From assembly GCA_014728085.1 (NCBI GenBank), contig WJMF01000020.1, positions 74,608-138,607 of the forward strand: a DNA stretch of 64,000 nucleotides. The letters are read 5' to 3'. The translations under genes and the position numbers were made by a program. The notes beneath the pieces were generated by a model, which saw only the letters and a list, made by a program, of their open reading frames with translations, was not told the DNA's origin and searched no databases. This document shows, in pieces, positions 29,003 to 38,747 of this stretch. Each line of letters begins with the position of its first letter. Positions within the stretch are counted from its first letter, which is position 1. The DNA comes from Candidatus Zhuqueibacterota bacterium. Its GTDB lineage: Bacteria > Zhuqueibacterota > Zhuqueibacteria > Residuimicrobiales > Oceaniaggregativiventaceae.

Positions 29003-30016
29003 TCAAGACACAACCTGTGCCTTAATCGCTCTAAACCCCGTATCAGAAATAAAAGAACAATGGGTTTCACCATAAGGCTTTAATTGGGCGCAACCGACAC
29101 GGCCTTTTTTGTCGACCGCGATGTATTTTACATTAAAATCAACACTTCCCTTGTTGATGGCAATAATGCGCTTCAGAGCCTCTTCGCAGGCCTTTTGCGG
29201 ATGCATTCCCTGGCGCATCAACTCAACCGTCAAAAAAGAACCACAGGTGCGAATAACCTCTTCGCCGCGTCCGGTTGCGCCGGCCGCGCCGACCCGATTG
29301 TCGAGATACAAGCCCGCACCAATGATAGGCGAATCACCCACACGCCCGGGTATTTTAAACGCCAGGCCGGAAGTAGTGGTAATACCAAACACATCACCGC
29401 CGGCATCTATTCCCAGAACATTAATGGTGCCGGTGGGACGCTGATAAGCTTCATGGCTATAGTCATCATCCTTCGGCGGCAGCCAGTCATCATTTTCACT
29501 CAGGTTTTCTTTCCACTTTAACCAATTCAGCCTGGCTTTATCCGTCAAAAGATTTTCTTCAACAAATCCATGAGCCACGGCAAAGCGCCGGGCACCATCA
29601 CCCACCAGCAACATATGATCCGTGCGTTCCATGACCAGGCGCGCCACCGAACAGGCTCGTTTGATCTTTTCCAGAGCCGCAACAGCGCCGCAATTATGAG
29701 TAGGACCATGCATTACACAGCTGTCCAAAGAAACCACTCCCTCTTCATTGGGAAGACCGCCGTATCCAACAGAGCTGTCCTCCGGATCGAGTTCTGCAAT
29801 ATTGGCACCCCGTTCTACCGCATCCATCATCGAACCGGTTTTCTCCCAGGTGTTCCATGCCGGACCCAGAACCTTTTCACCCCATTCCGTACCACGACTG
29901 CAGACAATTATCGGAGCGGCAACAGCCACAGGATCCGCGGAGAGCGTTTTTTTACCATTTAAGAGTAATACAGCCCCTGCCGCACCCTTGAAAAAATCTC
30001 TTCTTGAAGTCATCAT
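29003..30016 (-). CDS. Isoaspartyl peptidase / L-asparaginase (Ntn-hydrolase, plant-type asparaginase family) with a Tat signal
   Basis: Twin-arginine signal MMTSRRDFFKGAAGAVLL, then GTVGAV-type segments and an autoproteolytic GT nucleophile region (TGTINVLGIDAGG). Confidence 0.8.
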   Translation of the reverse strand: MMTSRRDFFKGAAGAVLLLNGKKTLSADPVAVAAPIIVCSRGTEWGEKVLGPAWNTWEKTGSMMDAVERGANIAELDPEDSSVGYGGLPNEEGVVSLDSCVMHGPTHNCGAVAALEKIKRACSVARLVMERTDHMLLVGDGARRFAVAHGFVEENLLTDKARLNWLKWKENLSENDDWLPPKDDDYSHEAYQRPTGTINVLGIDAGGDVFGITTTSGLAFKIPGRVGDSPIIGAGLYLDNRVGAAGATGRGEEVIRTCGSFLTVELMRQGMHPQKACEEALKRIIAINKGSVDFNVKYIAVDKKGRVGCAQLKPYGETHCSFISDTGFRAIKAQVVS

Positions 30017-30336
30017 ATCTATATTCCCTCATATGCAACTTTTGCTTTATTTTTACGTCTCAAAAAAAAGGATGAATTACACCTTAAAAATGTAGACGGC
30101 TTGAACATTGCATATATGTCGGTTCGAAACAGTTGGAGAATGAATTGAGGAATAATTCAAACCCTGAAATTGATCTACAACTTTGCCGGCACGGTGAAAG
30201 CTATACCATTCCGGTTGAAAAATATAGAGAAATTATTCTTTAAAGACAACAAACATTTCATTCCTTTTGCAACCTTTTTGTTTTTTCACAGTCTTAAAAG
30301 TAGATCGATCTCAGTCGTAAAAAGGATAATGCCTGA

Positions 30337-30525
30337 TTGCAGCTGCTAAAAAATGAAGAAAATATAGTCAGGGAAGCGATTGATGGCGATGAACATGCCT
30401 TCCGCCAATTGTTTCAGGCTTATCAGGACCCAATTTACCGTTTTATATCGCTTGCTGGGAGATAAAGAGGAAGCACAAGAGGCTGGCGTACAGTTGCTTA
30501 AAATATATAAATGAGAGTTGCTTCC
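30337..30525 (+). pseudogene. Decayed N-terminal fragment of an ECF (sigma-70 family) sigma factor, frameshifted and truncated
   Basis: From TTG 30337 the frame gives LQLLKNEENIVREAIDGDEHAFRQLFQAYQDPIYRFISLAGR*. After a -1 shift it continues DKEEAQEAGVQLLKIYK*. Joined, these match ECF sigma region 2.1-2.2 (…[37 protein letters not shown]). Nothing beyond region 2 survives. Confidence 0.45.
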
Positions 30526-30552
30526 ATAGATTTGTTTTGTCCCATAAAAAAA

Positions 30553-30578
30553 AGGGAGACAAACGTTGTCTCCCTTGT
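30553..30578 (-). terminator. Rho-independent terminator of the tRNA operon
   Basis: Perfect 8-bp stem gggagaca/tgtctccc, followed on the minus strand by a U8 run (forward cccataaaaaaaa). Confidence 0.55.
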
Positions 30579-30579
30579 A

Positions 30580-30656
30580 TGGCGGGGCCGACGGGACTTG
30601 AACCCGCGACCTCCGGCTTGACAGGCCGGTGTGCTAACCAACTGCACTACGACCCC
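30580..30656 (-). tRNA. tRNA-Asp (anticodon GTC)
   Basis: The reverse complement GGGGTCGTAGTGCAGTTGGTTAGCACACCGGCCTGTCAAGCCGGAGGTCGCGGGTTCAAGTCCCGTCGGCCCCGCCA folds as a cloverleaf with CCA encoded. Close to E. coli tRNA-Asp. Confidence 0.9.
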
Positions 30657-30685
30657 GTAAACACTAAACATTTCAATAATAACCG

Positions 30686-30761
30686 GGTGGGCCGTACTGG
30701 ATTCGAACCAGTGGCCTCCTGCTTGTAAGGCAGGCGCTCTAAACCAGCTGAGCTAACAGCC
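30686..30761 (-). tRNA. tRNA-Val (anticodon TAC)
   Basis: The reverse complement GGGCTGTTAGCTCAGCTGGTTTAGAGCGCCTGCCTTACAAGCAGGAGGCCACTGGTTCGAATCCAGTACGGCCCACC has the anticodon loop CTTACAA. Confidence 0.9.
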
Positions 30762-30783
30762 CGAAATCGTTAACCCCTCGATT

Positions 30784-31032
30784 CTATTTGCTTTTTTCAG
30801 ATGATCTTTGCGATTTGGGCTTGTAGAATATTGCCAACGGGACAAGTATACAATATCCCAGAATCAAAATAAGCGGTGCCACAGTTAAAGATGCCTGACT
30901 ATCCGCCGGTCCCTTTGCCAAAAAGAAATAACCCACGATAATCGTAATGATCGCAATCGCAAATATCTGAAAATTCCGACTCGTAATACCGAGTGGCTTC
31001 TCTTTTTTCTTATTTTTAGCTTTATCTTTCAT
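30784..31032 (-). CDS. Small two-TM membrane protein, DUF3098-like
   Basis: Lys-rich N-terminus, then FQIFAIAIITIIVGYFFLAKG...LILILGYCILVPLAIF. This pattern resembles Bacteroidota DUF3098. Confidence 0.4.
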   Translation of the reverse strand: MKDKAKNKKKEKPLGITSRNFQIFAIAIITIIVGYFFLAKGPADSQASLTVAPLILILGYCILVPLAIFYKPKSQRSSEKSK

Positions 31033-31154
31033 TTTAGCCTACAAATATAACCAAAAAATCAATTCATGTCAAGTGATTTATAAATACCACTCCCCGATAG
31101 AGGCTATCGATCGCAGCTGTACAAAAGAAAGCACCTGCATGGGTAACGAGCCCC

Positions 31155-34100
31155 CTATACCCTTGCCCGCCTTTTCGTCAATAAATCATGAACCCCTGAA
31201 TACACCACAGGGATCAATACCAGGGTAATCAGTGTCGATACGGTCAGCCCGCCAATCACCGCCCGTGCCAGCGATGCCTGGATCTCACCTCCGGCTCCGG
31301 CACCAAAGGATAAGGGCAGCATTCCGAGTACGGTTGTCGCTGTTGTCATGAGAATGGGCCGTAATCGCAGCCGGCCGGATTGCAGTACCGCATCGCGTAC
31401 GCCCAGGTTCTGCTCCCGGCGCATTAGATTGATATAGTCCACCAGCACAATCGCATTGTTGACGACAATGCCGATGAGCATCACAATCCCCATCAGGCTC
31501 TGAATGTTGAGTGAGGTTCCGGTCAGCAGCAGGGTCGGAACCACTCCGATAATCGCCAGCGGAACCGACACCATCACGATAAGCGGATCCAAAAATCGCT
31601 CGAATTGTGCTGCCATCACCATGTAAATAAGAATCAAAGCCATAACAATAGAGAGTAAAAAATCCTTTTGTGCTTTCTGTTGTTCTTCATATTCGCCGCT
31701 GAATATCAGGGAAAAATCTTTCGGCAAGGCAAAATTTCGCAGCTGATCCTCGAGTTTTTGTACAACATCGCCCAGTGCGGCACCGCTCTGCAAATTTGCC
31801 GTAATGTAAATCACACGCTGCCCGTCAACCCGGTCGATGTCAGTTGGCGTTCGCCGTCTTTCAGTATAGACAATGGAAGATACCGGTATAACCTGCCCGG
31901 AAGCGGTACGCACAGAAACATTATTCAAATCCAGCGTGCTCAGACGGTCTTTCGGCTGCAAGCGAACAACGATCGGAAACTCTTCACCACCGTCCCGAAA
32001 AACGCCCGCACGCCTGCCACCGACATTGGTTTGAACGATTTCGGCAACCTGGCTTACGGATAGACCCAATTCTGCAATCTTTTCGCGGTCGATGATTAAA
32101 TTTTGCTGCGGCCTGCCCTCCCGACGACTGATCCGTACATCAGCGACTTCCGGCACTTCTTCCATGGTTTTTTGAATTTCCTGCGCCAATTGATCTGCCA
32201 GCGCCAAATCATAGCCCCGCAACTCTATCTCCACTGCAGAAGCACCACCGGAACCAAACAAACGCCGTAACATCCATAGACCGGATTGTGCATCCACCCG
32301 AATTTCAGCACCCGGAATACGTCCGGATACATGTTTCCGAATACGATCCGCCAAAACAAAACTGTTGATAGTGCGTTCACTTGCACTCTTTAATGCAAGC
32401 TCGACCTCCGCATCCCCCGTTCGGATCTCGATGGAAATGTGTTTGAGCTGATCTTCCGGTGTCACTTCCCGCACCAGTCGTTCCAGCTCGTGCAAATAGC
32501 GATTAACAACCGCAATATTCGTCCCCTGAGCCATTTCCAGTTCCACATCAATTTCATCGGCATCGGTCTGTGGGGCAAGCTCCATGGGAATGAATCCCCA
32601 CAGCAACGACATGGTGATTAATAGCACGACCGTAATACCGACGACGATTTTTCGATGCCGCATCGCACCAGACAAGAGGTGGCTGTATCCGGCTTCCACA
32701 TAGGCAAACCAGTTATCGAAGCGTTTCTCACTATTTTTGGCGGTTTTTCTGCTTTCCCGAATCGTTAAAAATCGGCTGCTGAGCATCGGCACCAGCGTCA
32801 GGGCCACCAATAGTGAACACAGCAAAGCAAAGACCACAACGAGCGCAAGTTCCCGGAACAACATTCCGGAAATCGTTCTCATAAACACCACAGGTAAAAA
32901 AATTACAATGGTGGTAAGCGTGGAAGCGATAATTGCACCCGCGACCTGTCTGGTACCGGTCAATGCGCTCTCTTTCAGAGAGTGCCGGTTTTCCCGCAAC
33001 CTGACAATATTTTCCAGAACCACTATAGCATTATCCACGATAAGACCAATGCCAAGCGCCAATCCACCAAAACTCATCTGATTCAGGGTCAGATCATTGA
33101 AAAAAAGCAGGCCAAAGGTGGCGATAAGCGAGATCGGAATAGACAATGCAATGATAAAAGTGGTAGAGCCGTTTCGCAGAAATATATATAAAACCAAAAT
33201 GGCCAGCAACCCGCCCCACAGGGCGGAATTCTGCACATTATTGATGGAATTCTGGATAAATTCACTCTGGTCGATGATCATCAGTAGTTGAATGTCATCC
33301 CGTTCCCGGTTGATCTGATCCAGAGCTTTACGCACCTCCCGGGCCACTGCAACCGTGTTCGCACCCGACTGTTTGCGAATGCCCAGGCGCAACATGGGCT
33401 GACCGTCGACCTGCACGATCCGGCTGATGTCTTCATAGCCATCCACCACGTCGGCCACATCTTTAACGCGAATCGGCTTGCCGTCGATGACGGTAATGAT
33501 GGTGTTGGCAATCTGATCAGTCGTCTGAAATTCTCCCAACGTACGAACATACATATCACTCAGACCCTCGCGCATATCACCGCCCGGAAGGGTGACATTT
33601 GCGCGCTGCAGGGCCATGCGTACATCTGCAGCGGAAAGCCGGCTCGATGCCAGACGGTCCCGTTTGAGCTGTACCTGAATTTCGCGGTAAACGCCACCCC
33701 AAACATCCACAGAACCGACGCCCGGGAGCTGTTCAAACCGCTGCGAAATTTCCCGATTCAGGATGCGGGTCAGTTCTTCCATATTGCGCCGTGAACGAGC
33801 ACCCAAAATCACCACAGGAAAATTATCCGGATCGAATTTCCACAGTCGTGGCGGTTCAACCTCCGGCGGAAAATCATCGCGAATACGGTCCAGCGCCGCC
33901 CGTACATCATTTGCCGCTTCATCGATATTGGTCCCCTGCGTGAATTCCAGGGTCACTCTACTCCGCCCCTCCCGGGAAGAGGAGCGTATTTCTTCGATAT
34001 TCGGCACACTGGCGACCGCGTTTTCAACCCGATCCGTAATGATCGTTTCGATCTCCTCGGGGCCCACGTTTTCATAAACGGTCCATACACTTAACAATGG

Positions 34101-34226
34101 ATATTCAATGGACGGAAGTAAATCTATCGGCAAAAAGCGAAAACCCATGACCCCCAATACAATAATGATGAGAAAAACCATCGTCGTGGCAATGGGTCGA
34201 TCGACTGCTAATCTGGTAATATTCAT
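31155..34226 (-). CDS. RND efflux transporter permease (AcrB/HAE1 family)
   Basis: 1023 aa with 12 TM helices and two large periplasmic loops. Conserved RND TM4/TM10 regions. Confidence 0.9.
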   Translation of the reverse strand: MNITRLAVDRPIATTMVFLIIIVLGVMGFRFLPIDLLPSIEYPLLSVWTVYENVGPEEIETIITDRVENAVASVPNIEEIRSSSREGRSRVTLEFTQGTNIDEAANDVRAALDRIRDDFPPEVEPPRLWKFDPDNFPVVILGARSRRNMEELTRILNREISQRFEQLPGVGSVDVWGGVYREIQVQLKRDRLASSRLSAADVRMALQRANVTLPGGDMREGLSDMYVRTLGEFQTTDQIANTIITVIDGKPIRVKDVADVVDGYEDISRIVQVDGQPMLRLGIRKQSGANTVAVAREVRKALDQINRERDDIQLLMIIDQSEFIQNSINNVQNSALWGGLLAILVLYIFLRNGSTTFIIALSIPISLIATFGLLFFNDLTLNQMSFGGLALGIGLIVDNAIVVLENIVRLRENRHSLKESALTGTRQVAGAIIASTLTTIVIFLPVVFMRTISGMLFRELALVVVFALLCSLLVALTLVPMLSSRFLTIRESRKTAKNSEKRFDNWFAYVEAGYSHLLSGAMRHRKIVVGITVVLLITMSLLWGFIPMELAPQTDADEIDVELEMAQGTNIAVVNRYLHELERLVREVTPEDQLKHISIEIRTGDAEVELALKSASERTINSFVLADRIRKHVSGRIPGAEIRVDAQSGLWMLRRLFGSGGASAVEIELRGYDLALADQLAQEIQKTMEEVPEVADVRISRREGRPQQNLIIDREKIAELGLSVSQVAEIVQTNVGGRRAGVFRDGGEEFPIVVRLQPKDRLSTLDLNNVSVRTASGQVIPVSSIVYTERRRTPTDIDRVDGQRVIYITANLQSGAALGDVVQKLEDQLRNFALPKDFSLIFSGEYEEQQKAQKDFLLSIVMALILIYMVMAAQFERFLDPLIVMVSVPLAIIGVVPTLLLTGTSLNIQSLMGIVMLIGIVVNNAIVLVDYINLMRREQNLGVRDAVLQSGRLRLRPILMTTATTVLGMLPLSFGAGAGGEIQASLARAVIGGLTVSTLITLVLIPVVYSGVHDLLTKRRARV

Positions 34227-34251
34227 AAATCGGTGTCCTGCTGATAAATCG

Positions 34252-35571
34252 CTAGTTTAAAACGGTGTCCTCAAGCGCTGCCTGTTGTTCGCGCATGACT
34301 TCCTGCATTAAATCCTGACGCTGCAAATTTTGAAGCTCTTCTACCCAGCCCCATTCAACCGGACGAACGCGGGCCTTCCCCGGTTCGCCACCAAACAGGT
34401 TCTGCCCCAGTGTAATCACCCAATCGCCGGATTCCACCCCCCGTACGCCGGCTTGCATCCTTCCTCTGGCGATGATTTCCACGGGTACAAAGCGAAATGA
34501 AATCGGAGGGGTAAGGGCTATCGACTCGTCGGTATTCTGCGCAGTGAGTGAAGCCACTTCATGGCCGAGTGTGTCCTGGCTGACATAAACACCGGTTTCA
34601 CCGGTATTCGGATTTTCATATAACGCGCTTTGCGGAACCAGCGTCGCCTGTTCGCTTTCACCGTAATGAATGTCCACGGTCACAAACATGCCCGATTTCA
34701 GGCGCTCCTCAGGATTTGCTATATCGATTTCAGCCTCCGTACTGTGGGTTACAGGATGCAAAAACGGAGAAATTCGCCTCAATGGCGCAGAGGTGACACC
34801 AAAGGCGAGGTTCTCGGAGAAAATCTCGGCCCGCTGACCGGGTTCGATATAGTTGAGCATCCGGTCGGTCAGCACCACCTCAATACGAACATTGTCGAGT
34901 TGCCCGAGCGTGAACAGACGGCTATTGCCGTCGACCATCATTCCCATCTCTGCATTTCTGCTGCCGACGGTTCCGGAAACCGGTGCTCTGATGACGGTCT
35001 GAGCCAATGTTTCTTTGCGCTCACTCGTTGTTGCCTGCGCCTGCTCCACCCTTGCTTTTGCCAGCTCCAGATCGGCTTCTGCTGATGTTGCCTCGGCTTG
35101 TGCGGCTTCCAGCTGTGCGGGGCTTGCCAGCGCCTGATCTGCCAATGTTTGCATACGCGTTAATTCAGCCTTGATTTTTTTCAGCTGCGCCTCCGCCTGT
35201 TTCACCTGCGCCACGGCAATCTGGTAATTTGCCTGCGCCTGTCGCAGCCGCTCCTGAAATTCATTGTCCCGCAATGTTACAAGTATTTGTCCCGCTTTCA
35301 CCACATCACCATTTTGAACATATACCGCCGTTATCGGGGCGCTAAGCTCGGGGTAAATCGCTATCTGATTCTCAGCCCGAACCACACCGGTTAACCGCTC
35401 TGTCAGCGGCAGAACACCATATTGCGCCTGAATGGCTTCCACCGCCGGAATCAACTGATTTTCCCGATTGGAACGGGATTCTTCGGAATCGCTCGAACAA
35501 TTGACCAGCAATCCAAAGAATAAAAACACGAAAGGAAAATAGATAAAATTAATTTTAATCGCTTTTTTCAT
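34252..35571 (-). CDS. RND efflux periplasmic adaptor (AcrA/HlyD-family membrane fusion protein)
   Basis: Lipoprotein-like signal (LVNCSS), coiled-coil hairpin (QAEAQLKKIKAELTRMQTL...) and a beta-barrel C-terminus. Confidence 0.85.
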   Translation of the reverse strand: MKKAIKINFIYFPFVFLFFGLLVNCSSDSEESRSNRENQLIPAVEAIQAQYGVLPLTERLTGVVRAENQIAIYPELSAPITAVYVQNGDVVKAGQILVTLRDNEFQERLRQAQANYQIAVAQVKQAEAQLKKIKAELTRMQTLADQALASPAQLEAAQAEATSAEADLELAKARVEQAQATTSERKETLAQTVIRAPVSGTVGSRNAEMGMMVDGNSRLFTLGQLDNVRIEVVLTDRMLNYIEPGQRAEIFSENLAFGVTSAPLRRISPFLHPVTHSTEAEIDIANPEERLKSGMFVTVDIHYGESEQATLVPQSALYENPNTGETGVYVSQDTLGHEVASLTAQNTDESIALTPPISFRFVPVEIIARGRMQAGVRGVESGDWVITLGQNLFGGEPGKARVRPVEWGWVEELQNLQRQDLMQEVMREQQAALEDTVLN

Positions 35572-35935
35572 CGAACCTCTTATGCATTTAGATGTTTGCG
35601 TTTATTCCGACTCCGCCACTCGTCAGTTCAGAACGGTAAAATGCCTCGTGCCAACAGATCAGTAACACACCCCTGCATACCTTTTAAACTGCAGCTAAAG
35701 CTTTACTTTATTCGGCTTGGAAAGTTGAATAACTTGAAATTTAATTGATACTTTTTTTAAATGCAAATCTTTATTTTTCGGATCAGGATCTGCGTTCGGT
35801 GTCGATCCGCAGGTTATTAAAATATGACAAGCAAGAATTTTTGCTGTATCTTAATACATTCTTAACAATTCCTTAACATTGGTTTCTTAATATGGCTGCA
35901 AATCTTTTTACGAATTATAAATAAGGACTGAAATC

Positions 35936-38665
35936 ATGTTGATGAAAAAAAGTATCCTTGTTGTGTTCATTGTTTTAGCTCTGCTGACACCCCACCTGCT
36001 CTTTGCCGACGGTACCGGTCGAATTACCGGTAAAGTGATGGAAGAGAGTTCCGGATTACGGCTTCCCGGCGCGAATGTGGTTATTGAAGGAACCAGCCTT
36101 GGGGCTGCTACCGATGTTGAGGGAAAATACATTATTCCACGGGTACCCGCAGGATCCTATAGCCTCAAAGTAACCTACCTTGGATATGAACAAACCAGCC
36201 GCCAGGTTCAGGTTATGCCCAACGCTGTTCAAACAGAAGATTTTGAACTGGAACAAGGCGTTATCAAAGGTGAAGAGGTCGTTGTCTGGGGAGCACGTGC
36301 CAAAGGACAGGCCCTGGCGCTGAACCAGCAAAAAAATGCTGCCAACATAAAAAATATCGTGGCTTCCGATCAGATGGGACGGTTTCCGGATGCCTCGGCA
36401 CCGGAAGCGGTACAACGTATACCCGGCATTTCTGTTCAGCGCGATATGGGTGAAGGTCGATATATACAAATCCGCGGCGGTTCGCCGCAAATGACATCGG
36501 TTACCTTTAATGGCGAACGGGTCCCATCTCCGGAAGGCGATGAGCGCCAGATTGCGCTCGATGCTGTTCCCGTGGATATTCTGGAAGCCATCGAGGTTTC
36601 AAAGGCCATCACGCCGGATATGGATGCAGACGCAATCGGCGGTTCTGTAAACCTGGTCACCAAAAGAGCACCGGATCAAACCCAGTTTACGGTTGAATTG
36701 GGAGGCGGATATGCGCCCATCCGTGAAGATTATTCCCCGAACGGTTCGGTAACCTTTGGTAATCGATCTGGAAAATTGGGATACCTTTTCTCCGCTTCAG
36801 CCAGTCGCCGTAATTTTGGTGCAGATGACCTGGAACCGGATTATGAACTGAACGACCCCGGTCTGGCGGATGATCAACTCGAAGAATTACAAGTCCGCCA
36901 CTATACATTGTGGCGCTCACGCATAGGCGGAACCGCTATGCTGGAATATAATCTCAATCACAACTCCCGTCTTTATATCAATGGTGTCTATGCAGAAATG
37001 CAGGACGAAGAACAACGCAGAAGAACAATACATGCCGTTGCGGAGGGAGATTATAATGCAGACGGAAGCGTAACCGGTGGCGAAGTTGTCTATACACACA
37101 AGAGCAGACATGAAAATTTACGTTCTGCGAATATAACCGCCGGCGGAGAACATCTTTTATCTTCCGGTATCGGGCTTGATTATCATCTGACCGTCACCCG
37201 GTCGGAAGAAGACACCCCCTTTGATGCCGAAATCGAATTTTTGCTGGAAGACGTCGATTTCAATCCGAATATCAGCGATCCGGATAACATTCGGGCCAAC
37301 CCGCAAAGCAGCTTTCAAAACGGAGAATTTTTATTCGATAAAATCGAACCCGCTTCCAGTCTGACCAGAGACGATGATGTTGTCGCTGCCTTCAATACGA
37401 ACATTCCCTACCGCTTTGGAAAACAGGCGTCCGGAAAACTGAAAATGGGGCTCAAGTTCAGAAATAAAAAGAAAGATCAGGACGTTATTGAGGCTGAAGC
37501 CGAACTGGCGGATGGAGCTGCAGACATCATCCTGGGCAGAAACATCGGCAGCAGTTTCAGCAATGAAGGCTATGTGCCCGGCAACTATCCCTTCCCCAGC
37601 AATGCCACCGAACCGGATGAAGTAAACGATTTTATCGACAACAATCGCGCCTCACTGGAATACGAAAATGTTCTGGAGGCAGAGACAGAGGACTTTATCG
37701 TCAAAGAACAGACCATGGCTGCATATATCATGACAGAATTGAACATTAATCCTTTGTTTATGATTCTGCCTGGTGTTCGTATTGAAAGAACCGCCGTGGA
37801 TGTAGAGGGCTATACCTATGACCCGGATCTCGAAACGATATCCGAGAACAGCAGTGAAACGGACTATACAAAGGTCTTTCCAATGTTGCACACGCGCTAT
37901 CGTCTGACCCCCAATACCAATATTCGCGCTGCTTTTACCACTGCCCTTGCGCGTCCCAATTTTTATGATATGGTTCCTTATATTATTATCGATGATGACG
38001 ACCGGGAAATTGGTAATCCCGATCTTGAACCCACAACGTCGATGAATTATGATGTGATGATCGAGCACTATGATCGTACCATTGGTATTATTTCTGTGGG
38101 CGCCTTTTACAAAAGCATCGAAAATCCCATTTTTACATACACATTCGACAATGAATTTGGAGGTGAAACCGAACAACCAGGCAACGGCAAAGCAGGAAGT
38201 ATTTCAGGGTTTGAGATTGCCGTTCAAAGACAGTTAAAGTTTTTACCCTTCCCGCTCGATGGAATCGGTGTTTATGGCAATTACACCTATACCAGCTCGG
38301 ATGCCACGCTCCCCGGAGGTCGTGAAGCCCAGTTCCCGGGACAGCCGGATCATGTCTATAACCTGGCCCTGAGTTATGAAAAAAGAGGATTTTCCGGGCA
38401 GCTTAGCCTGAATTATCATGATAAATTTATTACAGAGTTTGGCAGCGATAGTGAAGATTCACCGGACTCCGATGAATGGATCGACAAGCATTTGCAGATC
38501 GATTTTTCAGCCAGCTATCAGATTATGCCGAGCTTTAATGTCTTTCTCGAACTGGTCAATATCACCAATGAACCCCTTCGGGCATTTCGCGGCTATACAG
38601 AACGGCCTATTCAGATGGAATATTATAAACCCTGGAGCCGATTGGGCGTGCGATACAGTCTTTAA
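35936..38665 (+). CDS. TonB-dependent receptor (CarboxypepD_reg domain, plug, 22-strand barrel)
   Basis: Signal peptide, then GRITGKVMEESSGLRLPGANVVIEGTSLGAATDVEGKYIIPRVPAGSYSLKVTYLGYE and plug motifs. C-terminal barrel ending ...LGVRYSL. Confidence 0.85.
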   Translation: MLMKKSILVVFIVLALLTPHLLFADGTGRITGKVMEESSGLRLPGANVVIEGTSLGAATDVEGKYIIPRVPAGSYSLKVTYLGYEQTSRQVQVMPNAVQTEDFELEQGVIKGEEVVVWGARAKGQALALNQQKNAANIKNIVASDQMGRFPDASAPEAVQRIPGISVQRDMGEGRYIQIRGGSPQMTSVTFNGERVPSPEGDERQIALDAVPVDILEAIEVSKAITPDMDADAIGGSVNLVTKRAPDQTQFTVELGGGYAPIREDYSPNGSVTFGNRSGKLGYLFSASASRRNFGADDLEPDYELNDPGLADDQLEELQVRHYTLWRSRIGGTAMLEYNLNHNSRLYINGVYAEMQDEEQRRRTIHAVAEGDYNADGSVTGGEVVYTHKSRHENLRSANITAGGEHLLSSGIGLDYHLTVTRSEEDTPFDAEIEFLLEDVDFNPNISDPDNIRANPQSSFQNGEFLFDKIEPASSLTRDDDVVAAFNTNIPYRFGKQASGKLKMGLKFRNKKKDQDVIEAEAELADGAADIILGRNIGSSFSNEGYVPGNYPFPSNATEPDEVNDFIDNNRASLEYENVLEAETEDFIVKEQTMAAYIMTELNINPLFMILPGVRIERTAVDVEGYTYDPDLETISENSSETDYTKVFPMLHTRYRLTPNTNIRAAFTTALARPNFYDMVPYIIIDDDDREIGNPDLEPTTSMNYDVMIEHYDRTIGIISVGAFYKSIENPIFTYTFDNEFGGETEQPGNGKAGSISGFEIAVQRQLKFLPFPLDGIGVYGNYTYTSSDATLPGGREAQFPGQPDHVYNLALSYEKRGFSGQLSLNYHDKFITEFGSDSEDSPDSDEWIDKHLQIDFSASYQIMPSFNVFLELVNITNEPLRAFRGYTERPIQMEYYKPWSRLGVRYSL

Positions 38666-38747
38666 TTCCTAAACAAATCATGATATGGGTGGGCGTTTTG
38701 TTTTCATTGCCCGCCCATTTTTTTACATAACCTGTATGGAGTTTTCA

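Noticed and set aside
28500-29075. A 191-aa plus-strand ORF and other small ORFs across the selD 5' region
   Set aside because: They are antisense to selD, whose extended N-terminus (including UGA-Sec) aligns to SelD. These ORFs exist only because the selD frame had been truncated at the UGA.
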